In this document: one piece after another, positions 31,921 through 43,200 of the stretch | Layout of the letters: each line of letters starts with the position of its first letter | How positions within the stretch are numbered: position 1 is the stretch's first letter | From: Octopus vulgaris | Lineage: Eukaryota | Reading direction: 5' to 3' | DNA length: 64,000 nt | Assembly: GCA_951406725.2 (NCBI GenBank) | Contig: OX597820.1 | Coordinates: 53,940,001 to 54,004,000 of the forward strand | Notes under the pieces: generated by a model | Seen by the model: only the letters and a program-made list of their open reading frames with translations | What the model was told of the DNA's origin: nothing | Databases searched by the model: none | Position numbers and translations under genes: made by a program

Positions 31921-32389
31921 TGTCAACTCTATTCGATTTTTCAGAGTGAGAGTTTCCTTTCAATTGATTTCAGGATAATACTGGCCTCACGGCTCGTAAC
32001 CACATCCTAGTTTTTATCCACCCAAAGTTCTATCCTGCAATAGATTCTAGTTATCTTAACAGGACCATCCTGTGGATATCAAGGACGATATAATCTGTAT
32101 CATGCAATGATACAGTGTCTGGAGATGATATGGAAACTAAATCTTTCATCGCTGTGTTCACATCTCGTACGGGCCCGGCGGTCAGTACTACGGCTGTGGT
32201 GACCATAAAATTTATACCAACCTGAAAATGTCCTCCTTGCAGCCCTGCCAAGTGTAAAGGGTGTTGACTGAAAATGACATTCATTAGATCATCTGCGCCC
32301 CAGGTCTTGAGCACAGTTGAGCACTGGGGTCGATGTAATTGGTTATCCCCCTCCTCCAAAGTCCCAGGCCTTGTGCCCAGAGGCTATGT

Positions 32390-32799
32390 GAAGGAAGGGG
32401 CTGAAGGAACTGACGAAAGACACCTTCATATATAGTCAAGCTTTCATCGACTTTTTTAAGTTCCACTTGGAAAGGAAAGTGAGGGTGAAGAGGGAAGTGC
32501 TACCTCCCAGAGAATTTGTGAAAAGATGGGAGACAGTGGCAAAAATTCTTAGAGTGAAAGACATGTGCCTATAGGTTGGAGAACGATAGTTGGGAGAGGA
32601 CTCGTGCCTTTAGTAGCCAAGGTAATCCTGAATCTGTGGGACTCCTTGATTATCATAAACTTTGTATACGACGTACATTTCTATCGCATTTCTCCATCGT
32701 TTCCATTTCTCTCTCCTCGCCTTTTATATAAACCCCCGCACAAATTATTGACTGTCTTTGTGATGTCCTCCTTATCAATGCTCCTGTGGCTAATAATAG

Positions 32800-32802
<3 letters not shown>
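32390..32802 (+). mobile_element. 3' end of a Tx1/L1-like LINE
   Basis: Open frame FIDFFKFHLERKVRVKREVLPPREFVKRWETVAKILRVKDMCL* (stop 32572-32574), then a 3' UTR ending CCTGTGGCTAATAATAGAAA plus an (ATC)n(ATT)n tail. Confidence 0.65.
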
Positions 32803-32836
<34 letters not shown>

Positions 32837-33104
32837 TATTATTATTATTATTGAGTGAGAGAGCAGTGCATGCCATCAAAGTGACACTGGGGTAAAATAT
32901 ACAAAGCCCAGTATACCCATCATAACTACCCGTCTGACAGGGGTACACTGGGCACATGCATCACAACCATATGTGCGCGACATGGTGATCTCATATCAAG
33001 ATAAACAGCACATGACCTTGCAGATGGGGCCCAGGTAGAATTTTCTTCAGATCGAGTAACCCATCCTGCTCAAAAGGTCCCTTAATAAGGGTTGTTTGAG
33101 GATG

Positions 33105-33151
<47 letters not shown>

Positions 33152-33623
33152 GAATAAGACGGTGAGCTGGCAGTACCGTTAGCACACCGGGCGAAATGCC
33201 TAGCGGTATTTTGCCCGTCGCTACGTTCTGAGTTCAAATTCCACCGATGTCGACCCGGATATGTCTCCAACAATAATAACTCTTTGCTAGAGTGGGCCAT
33301 AGTGCCCCATATATGACTAACAGACTTCACCAGGTGGTGCTATTAAGTTAGACATAGCGTGGGTCTATACTGGCCGAAACCTATCTAGGTTATCAAAGTT
33401 ATATATGCGTGTGTGTATGCGTGTGTGTGTGCATGTGTATATGTGTGCGTGTAAAGATCTTCTACAAGCAGAGATAATGATTCTCAGTTCGTCTGTTAAA
33501 TGCTCAAGCCCTGTCTTGACCATATACCACATATAACCAAATAATAACAAAGTAAAACTGATTATAACAATTTCATTTTAGATAGATAGACAAACAGATA
33601 AATAGATAGACAGAAAGACAGAC

Positions 33624-33688
<65 letters not shown>

Positions 33689-33848
33689 TGTGTACAAATG
33701 CATCTTTGTGCATACGTATCTATGTATTTATAACTAAACCAGGGTGTGTGTGTATGTGTGTTTGTGTGTGTGTGTGTAGAAAGAGGAGGGAGAAACATAG
33801 ACTCAGAAAAAGAGTGTGACAGTTGCAGACAGACAGAGGAACAGATAA

Positions 33849-33880
<32 letters not shown>

Positions 33881-33900
33881 GGAAGCAGGCAGGCAGACAG

Positions 33901-34028
<128 letters not shown>

Positions 34029-34320
34029 CAGTAATAGTATGTCTAAGTGTATATACATACATCTGTACATTCAGACATAATCATAGTGTACATGCATCCA
34101 CAGTGAAGCAGTCAGAGGAGTGAGTAAATAACAAAATTATCGGCTGTACAGGACATGAGGCGGACACACAGGCACATGAAGAGAAAAACATATAACCATT
34201 AAGATAGTGAAGCAATCGGGGAGATAAAGAGAGAGATAATGTGCAGATAACGGTGATTGATAGTTTGACAGACAGGGCAGATACACAGACAGTCTGACAG
34301 ACACACAGACTGACTAACAG

Positions 34321-34403
<83 letters not shown>

Positions 34404-34602
34404 CATACATACATACATACATACATACATACATACATACATACATACATACATACATACACTGTATGAAGCTATTTCTCCGTGTGTTTTCCTGGATATG
34501 GGCCTGGCTGTATAAGTAGCGAAATAGATAGACAGAGACAAAAAGGAACTTAGAAACTTAGACAGACAGACAGACAGACTGACAGACAGCTAGCTAGCTA
34601 GC

Positions 34603-34636
<34 letters not shown>

Positions 34637-34707
34637 TGTTTCTTTATTAGCCACACAGGGCTGCACACAGATAGAGCAAATTACAAGGTAGAGCTTTTCT
34701 TTTGAAT

Positions 34708-34744
<37 letters not shown>

Positions 34745-35117
34745 GGGGGAGTTTCGATCAAAAGGGATCGTAAAAGGAGAGAAGGAGGACAAAAAAAAGG
34801 GGGGGTTAAAAAAAGGGGGAGAGGAAAAAAAAAAAAAAAAAAAAAATTGATCAATAGGGATCGTTATCACAGAAATGTCAATATGAAGTGTAAAGGGGAG
34901 GACAGGTGAGGTTTACCCGTGGAAAGAAAAGCCTACGGAAAAGACCACGGTAACCTCGGTCAATGAAGTCACATTTTATATTTCTTTTTTTTTTTTTTTT
35001 TTTTTTTTTGCAAATAAGCAACTCTCTGTTTTCGATTTCTGGGTTCATAGGACTATGCTCAAGGTGGCTTCGTCATTCATACGTGCCATTCTTGCTACAT
35101 TCACCCATCTTTTTTTA
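34637..35117 (-). mobile_element. 5'-truncated Tx1/L1-like LINE insertion flanked by a long duplicated microsatellite target
   Basis: Minus strand FKKRWVNVARMARMNDEATLSIVL* (same FxKRW..VA motif as 32390-32574), T/C-rich UTR, end GCAGCCCTGTGTGGCTAATAAAGAAACA then (TATC)n; flanks 34554-34636 and 35118-35200 are near-identical. Confidence 0.75.
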
Positions 35118-35170
35118 AAACTTAGACAGACAGACAGACAGACAGACTGACAGACAGCTAGCTAGCTAGC

Positions 35171-35202
<32 letters not shown>

Positions 35203-35421
35203 GAGAGAGATTGTATAAGGATAAGTTGTGTGTTTGCGTGCCTGTGCTCGTGTGTGTGTGTGTGTGCTCGTGTGTGTGTGTGTGTGTGTGTGTGTCTATG
35301 TGTGCCTGTGCTTGTGTGTGTGTGTGTGTGTGTCTATGTGTGCGTCTCGATATATGCCTGGGTTTATCCATACACGAATAGACAGACAGACAAATAGGTA
35401 GTTAGGTCCACGTTAGGAACT

Positions 35422-35566
<145 letters not shown>

Positions 35567-36079
35567 TATTGTACGGGGATATTTCTACGTGTGTCTATGC
35601 CTGGATATGTGTCTTAATGTCTACAATTACGTGTATGTGCGTGTTGTGTGTGTGTGTGTGTGTGCGCGCGTGCTCGTGTGTGTTTGTGTGTGTGGTGTTT
35701 GTGTGTATGTGCGTGCGAGCGTGTGTAAATAAGTGTGACGAGATGATTGAAGATTAACTATAAAAAGGCGATTATGAAGTATTTCAAAATGGCTGCTTAC
35801 TTTAGCAAAGTGTGAGTTGGAAAGAAGGGTGAGTGGAAAATATGGCTAAACTGCATGGCTTCCGTGGACATCTGCATGTGCGATGCACACAGTGCCTGCT
35901 GAAAGAGTAGCGGTGATAACGGCTGGTGGTGGTTTTCTACTGGAACCATTACTAGCGCCTAATGAGCCGTGAAGGCCGTAAATCCAGCCAAAATGTACGA
36001 CTCGCCCACACTCACGCGCATATAGAACCACATATACGTATGTGCGTATCTATGTAAGTATGTCTGTGTGTGTATGTGT

Positions 36080-36112
<33 letters not shown>

Positions 36113-37277
36113 GCAAGGGATATGTGCATCATCCATTGAATACGCATCCAGCTACACAGGGATACATGGGCAAACATACAAAAATTAGTGAATAAAAGGT
36201 ATAATGATGCACGGAGATAACGGCACACGCGTGGATGCGTGCGCAGATACATATGTGAGCACACACGTACAAACATAAACACACACATGCACATATAAAG
36301 ACATATATATGCATATATATATATAGAGAGAGAGAGAGTGAGAGAGAGAGACAGAGGGAGAGAGAGAAAGCGAGGTGGGGGGACACCCACATGCGCATAT
36401 ATATGTGCATAAATACATATAGAAATAGATAGATATCGAGGAGGGAAAATGTAAACAGTTACTTTAGACAAACAGATGCATGTATATATTCTTACATACA
36501 TACATACATGCATACATGCATACATACATACATACATACATGCATACATACATGCATACATACATACATACATACATACATACATGTATACATACGTGTT
36601 TATAGTGTAATATTCTTTAATAATCTTTCTCTTTCATACTCTCTCTCTACCTATCTATGTATCTATTTATCCATGTAAATTTATCTATTTATCTACCAAA
36701 GAATGTGCTTATAGTGTAATATACTATATCAATCTCTTTCTCTGTCTCTCTCTCTCCCTCTCTCTCTCCCTCTCTTTCCCTCACTTTGTCTCTCTGCCTA
36801 TCTATCCATCTCTGTCCACCTATATACGTATATCTATCAGAATGCCTGTCTCTTTATCAATCTATCGGTCTCTCAATCTATTTTCCATCTTTATATTTTC
36901 CTACAAACTACAGTCTCTAATCTCTGTCTACTCGCCTATCTATCGATTTATGTACTTTTAGATAAAAGGTGACTTAATGTACATGGTGCAGCATAACCGC
37001 CTAATTCACAAGGACATAACCCATTGTAGTAGCAGTTGAAAGCATGGTAAGCATGTAGCATATCGTGGAGACAATAGGAGACAAGCAAATGTGGGATAAC
37101 AGCTACTCAATGTATTATGCCTGTGAATTAAGATTCGGCAATCAAACATATGTTCCTTTTCTTGGAATTGATCCGGAATGCTTTTGTGTGTATGTATGTG
37201 TGTGTGTCTGTGTGTCTGTGTGTCTGTCTGTATCTATATATGTATGTATGTATGTACACACACACACGCGCATATAT

Positions 37278-37335
<58 letters not shown>

Positions 37336-37348
37336 GAATGACATTCAA

Positions 37349-37585
37349 TTCCAACTTAGTCTGATTTCAACGTTTTATTACTTGCAATTTTTGCAATTTT
37401 ACAAATTTACAGTTTTACAATTTTGCATTGTTGAAATAAATTAGAATCTCCATGCGTTGCGCAATCATTAGGTTTATGTAGTGACAGTCGTATTCCATAA
37501 TTGACCACCGTCATATATATATTTCAATATTGTGAAATTGTAAAAATTGCAAATAATAAAAGGTAAAAGTCAGACTAAGGTGGAA
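37349..37585. repeat. Inverted-repeat element (~55-bp imperfect arms)
   Basis: TTCCAACTTAGTCTGA..TTATTACTTGCAATTTTTGCAATTTTACA (37349-37403) vs revcomp of 37531-37585, TTCCACCTTAGTCTGA..TTATTATTTGCAATTTTTACAATTTCACA; flanked by (TA)n. Confidence 0.75.
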
Positions 37586-37799
37586 CTTTCATTGATTAAT
37601 ATATTCATCTATACACAAACAAACTCGGATATATATATATATTTATATATATATATATGTATGTATGTATATATATATAAGCAAAAATGCTAGTTCTAAA
37701 GTGGCTACGAATATTACAAATCTATATATATATATATTGTTGTATTTAGGAATGGTCATCTTGCCAGTTTAGCCAATATATATATATATATATATTAGT

Positions 37800-38108
37800 A
37801 CTGGCACTGTGTCGATTACGACCACAAGGGTTTCAGTCGATCTGATCAACGGAATAGCCCTGCTCGTGAAATTAACGTGCAAGTGGCTGAGCACTCCACA
37901 AACACATGAGCCCTTAACGTAGTTCTCAGGGAGACAGAGAGCATGACAAGGCTGGCCCTTTGAAATACAAGTACTAATCATTCTTGCCAGGTGAGTGGCC
38001 AGGAGCAGCATGAAATAAAGTGCCTTGCTCAAGGACACAACGCGTCGTCTTGAAGTGAACTGTCGACTTTACGATCGTAAGTCGAATACCCTAACCACTA
38101 TGCCACGC
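37800..38108 (-). mobile_element. tRNA-derived SINE with CORE-like segment
   Basis: Minus strand GCGTGGCATAGTGGTTAGGGTATTCGACT.. head, followed by GTTGTGTCCTTGAGCAAGGCACTT. Confidence 0.65.
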
Positions 38109-38625
38109 GTATAAGACGTATATAGGTTATTCGCAACGTCTTACTCCCTTACGTATGTGATACCTTGTACTTCACCATCTCCTTCGTAAACTCTCTACAA
38201 TTACGTTTGAATTATATATTCCATGCTCTAAAGTGATACCTCACGTTTAGCCTGTTCATTCTTTCTAGAATATATCTGCCCGCTCAATGATAGCCCACTT
38301 ATAGCCATTCATTGTTAGACACTTACAACACAACCTAGTTGCAGTTTTAATGATAAGCCAAACAGAGCACTTATCATATTTGCCAACCACATTACGTCGT
38401 TAGACGCAATTTTATCTGTACTCTCTCTCTCTCTCTTTCTCTCTCTCTCACACACATACACACACTCTCTCTCTCGCTCTCGCTTTCTCTCTCTTAAACT
38501 CTCTCCCTATACACACACACACACACACACACACGCGAGATTATTAAAGTGGCCAGATGCAATTTAAAACTGAAAGACATTCATGCAGTCGTCACTAAAA
38601 GTGACTAAGGACGCAAGTCAGCACC

Positions 38626-39003
38626 AGCATTGCTAGAAATAGGAGTCAAAATATCTTTTAGCCATGAACAGAGCATTTTCTGTTCAACAGAGCACTTTAT
38701 ATGATGATTGCATTTGTGCTTTTTTAAGTAATTTTATAACTTTCACTTTACAATTTTACTGAATCAGCCACTGATTCCTGATGCATCTTCTATAAACTGA
38801 CAATTAGATTCTTTTTACCCATCGGCAACGGAGTAGCGTCGTCGATGAGGATTAATTCTAACCGAAATCGGCCGGCCGATCTGATGCCCTCGCTTACTGT
38901 GAGGAGGTTATTTCCCTTGTCATGGAATAGAAAATGCTCTGTTGAACAGAAATTGTATTGTTCGTGGCTATGAGTTATTTTGACTCTTATTTCTAATATT
39001 GCT
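38626..39003. mobile_element. ~378-bp element with ~70-bp terminal inverted repeats enclosing a hammerhead-like motif
   Basis: AGCATTGCTAGAAATAGGAGTCAAAATA..AGCCATGAACA..TTTCTGTTCAACAGAGCA vs revcomp of the right end, AGCAATATTAGAAATAAGAGTCAAAATA..AGCCACGAACA..TTTCTGTTCAACAGAGCA. Confidence 0.8.
38836..38887 (+). ncRNA. Putative type I minimal hammerhead ribozyme, variant core UCGAUGA
   Basis: GCGUCG-[UCGAUGA]-GGAUUA auuc UAACC-[GAAA]-UCGGCCGGCCGA-[UC]-UGAUGC: stems I, II and a palindromic stem III all pair; AUC cleavage triplet. Confidence 0.55.
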
Positions 39004-39094
39004 TACACACGCGCGCGCGCAGCTCCAGAATCGGCGCAGTCAAATGACTGAAACAAGTAAAGGAGTAAAAGAATATAAATGTATATGCATGTAT

Positions 39095-39130
<36 letters not shown>

Positions 39131-40160
39131 TCTCTATATATATAAACGGCAGTTTGTCTGTGCGTGCTTCTGTGTGTCTGTTTTCTCGTACCCTCACCCT
39201 GACCACGGCTTTCAACCGATTCTGATGAAACTTGACACACACATAGCCCAATGTCATAATTCAAAACTAACGCAGCGAAAATTTTGAAAAGTTCCCCCAG
39301 TTCTGAAAAAAATTGATAAATTCGACATGGGGTCGACAATCATAAACATGAACCACAGACTGTCTAGGGGACGCAACTCGAGAATCTAAGCTTTTTTTAT
39401 GCAACGCATTATCTATGGTAGTTTTCACAACTTGCAATCGATTTTCACCAAACTCATGGTGAAGCTTAATGTTACCCTAAGAAACTCAATTCTGACGTTA
39501 GTTTTCCATGCAATACCTTACCATCAGAAACAATCGATAAAATCATGCCATTTTGGGAAATCGCGTTCAAATTCAACATGACATATTTTCGACAATATCT
39601 TTCACAAATTGGCAGGAATCTTTTTTTTTTTCACAACGAGCATCATGTCTGCTCCAAGGAGCTATATAGCCCTTTTTATTCCAATAGGATACATTATTGG
39701 AAAAAATCGGTTAATTTAATCATATGTGGCACACATAGCAAACAAATTTGTGTATTAAACACAAACCAGACTGTCTAGGGGACGCAACTTGACCTTTTTA
39801 GCTATCGATAATTCGATCCAACCAATTCCTACCAGGAAGAAATTACGTTCGAGACTTTACCCCCAACACCGCCACTTCTGCTAATAGCTGCTGCAGCCGC
39901 AAGTTATTCGAATACTTTTTTTGTTTAAACTTTCTTTATAACTACCACCCCAAACGTTTTACCTTCAATTTTTTACGTACCCTAACGGTCCTTGGACGCT
40001 ACTTGCAAACTCTTGGTTTATTATAAACCACTTTTGTCGTGTGCATCAAAAAACTTTTCCTTTCGTTTGTTCAGTTTGATCACTTTTGACTTTTTCGTTG
40101 TTGTCACTCACATTGCTGCCAGCTTTTTGGCCATTTTTGTACATTTTTATACATTTTCGG

Positions 40161-40282
40161 ATACTTACCCCACGTGTTCCTTTTTATTACACCTTTACCA
40201 AACACATTGCTATCCACCAAAATACTTACCCCACGTGTTCCTTTTTATTACACCTTTGCCAAACACATTGCTATCCACCAAA
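40161..40282 (+). repeat. 61-bp tandem duplication directly upstream of the RepHel ATG
   Basis: ATACTTACCCCACGTGTTCCTTTTTATTACACCTTT(A/G)CCAAACACATTGCTATCCACCAAA at 40161-40221 and 40222-40282. Confidence 0.9.
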
Positions 40283-43200
40283 ATGCCACCCAAGAAGAGA
40301 AGGACCCTCCTCAGCCCTCGGACGGCCAAGGCATCGGCTGCTAGAGCTAGAAGGGCACGCGAGACCCACGAGGAAACCGCCTTGCGCCTCTCGCAAACAG
40401 CTTCCCGTTATGCCGCTGCTCAGGCATCTGAAACTATTAGCGACCGTTCTACCCGACTTGCAAGGGTCGCAGCGTACAGATCTTCCCTCCGCTCGAGGTT
40501 GACGAAAGAGCAACAGTCCAGCCAAAATATGCGGGCTTCTTACTGTGCTTCCATCCGCAGAGCTCGCGAGAACCCCGAACAAAGGGCCATTCGGAATGTG
40601 GCTAACGCCACTAGCACCGCCAGGACACGATCTGTCGAAACCTCACAGCAGAGGAGAACTCGCCAAGATGCTGACGCCGCAAACAATGCCATGGCCAAAG
40701 CTGCCGAAACACCTCAACAGAGGAGAACTCGCCAAGCTGCTAACGCCGCAAACACAGCCAGGGCTCGATCTGCCGAAACTCCACACCAACGGACTATTCG
40801 GACATCCAGACATGCCATTAACACTGCTTCTGCTAGGGCTTCAGAGGGTGCTGAGGCGAGAGCTGAAAGGCTTTCAAGGGATGCCACTGCTGCCGCTGTC
40901 GCACGTGCATCTGAATCTGCTGAGGCACGGTGCACTCGACTTGAGAGTATCAACAAACGTCGGGATATCATTCGTGGTGTACGTACCCCTGCCCCCGCTT
41001 TCTGGTTGTCACTAGCATTCAACTACGACGCCACAATTAACTTCTCCTTGCGTGACGACATCAAGATAGGGTCAATGACAATTGTATGCCAGTTTTGCAA
41101 AGCCAAGAAATGGCCCGGAGAGCCACCTGGTTTGTGCTGCTCTGGTGGCAAAGTGGACCTGCCACCCCTACGGGAACCACCTCAACCACTGAAGGATCTC
41201 GCGGCGGGTTTAACCCCCGATTCGTCACAATTCCTTGAAATAATTCGAAAGTACAACTGCTCATTCCAAATGACCTCTTTCGGGGCCAAAATTCCTCCCA
41301 GAGAAGGCTGGATGCCTACTTTCAAAGTGCAGGGACAGGTCTACCATCTTATTGGGTCACTTCTGCCAGACGAGATTCAGCAGTCTTCTTTCCTCCAAAT
41401 ATACTTCATTACCGACTACAACCACCAGGTTGATGCACGCCTTGGAATAATACCGGGTACAAGCTATGTTCCCCGCAAAGACATTCTTCTCCATCTCCAA
41501 ACCATGCTTCATGATATCAACAGCTATGTCTGCAGCTTCAGATATGCCTTGGACAGTGCTCCATCTCCAAACTTCACCGTTGTCATTGATGCTGATAAAC
41601 GACCCCACGGGGAGCACGAACGCCGTTTCAACGCACCTGCGTGCAACGAAATTGCCGCAGTCATACACGGAGAGCAACACAACAGCCGTGACATAATCAT
41701 CTCCTCCCGTGGTAACAACCTACACAGGATCAGCGAGACTCACAGATCTTATGACGCGCTTCAGTATCCATTGCTTTTCCCTTATGGGGAAGACGGCTAC
41801 CATTTCGGAATTCCTTTACGGCAGCCCTCCAATCAAACTACTGCGGCATCAAAGACGGTTTCCTGCAGGGCGTTCTACTCATACCGGTTCATGGTCAGGG
41901 AGGGTGAGTTCAACTTATTACCCCGTTGTCGTCAGCTATTCAACCAGTTCGCCGTCGACATGGCCGCAAAAATGGAATCGGAAAGGCTGCTATACATTAA
42001 ACTTAATCAGACCAAACTTCGCTCCGACTCCTACATTCATATCCGTGACGGTTTGCAACAAGAAAATGACCCTCGCAACATCGGCAAGCCATGCATTCTA
42101 CCCTCCACCTTCACGGGAGGACCGCGATATATGCGTGAAAGGACCCAAGACGCCTTGACCTACGTGCGCATTTACGGCCGGCCGGACCTCTTTATCACCT
42201 ACACGTGCAATCCCAGCTGCGACGAAATCACTCGCGAACTCCTCCCGGGTCAATCTCACACCCATCGACACGACATCGTTGCTAGGGTTTTCCGTCTGAA
42301 TTTGGGCAAAATGAAGGATTTGATAGTTAAGGGTCAGATTTTAGGGCATGTCAGGTGCCACATGTTTTCGGTCGAGTGGCAAAAGAGGGGCTTGCCACAT
42401 GCTCACATCTTAATTTGGCTCACTCATAAAATCGAGACTAATGACATTGACAAATTCATTTCCACCGAGATTCCTGACCCCGATGAGGACCCCGGACTCT
42501 ACGAAATTGTCCGCACTACCATGGTACACGGGCCCTGTGGACCAAATTACGCCAACACACCATGCTACAAAAACGGATTAGCCTGCTCAAAGGGATTCCC
42601 TAAACGGTTCACTTTGGAGACTCAAACAGGCGGCGATGGGTATCCGCTGTACAAACGAAGGAGTCCAGCCAATGGAGGCCGCACGATTACGGTTGGGCGA
42701 CATCAAGTGGACAACAGCTACATTGTCCTCTACTGTCCTCTCCTGTCGAAGATATTCAAAGCCCACGTCAACGTTGAGTTCTGCAGCTCCATCAGGTCAA
42801 TACAATATGTCTGCAAATATATCAACAAAGGCAGCGATGCTGCCATGTTCAGCATCCAGAGGACCACCAGTCGCGACGAAGTGTCCAACTACTTGGCTGG
42901 CCGGTACCTCAGCAGCAACGAAGCGTTTTGGCGCATTTACGGCTTCCCGCTCCATCAGAGACACCCGGCTGTGGTGCAGCTTGCTGTACACTTGGAAAAT
43001 GGACAGCGGATTTACTTCACAGAGCAAAGTGCTGTGCAGATAGCCACCAGCCCTAAAGACACAACGTTGACTGGTTTCTTCAAATTATGCCAACGTGATG
43101 ACTTCGCTCGAACGCTTTTGTACCCACAGGTCCCATCGTACTTCGTGTGGTCTAAAAACACCTGGGTTCGACGGAAATCCGGCAAAAACGTCGAAAGCTT

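Noticed and set aside
39992-40282. 97-codon N-terminal extension of the 1118-aa ORF
   Set aside because: It starts at a TTG and runs through the 61-bp tandem repeat; the first ATG (40283, MPPKKRR) is the plausible eukaryotic start.
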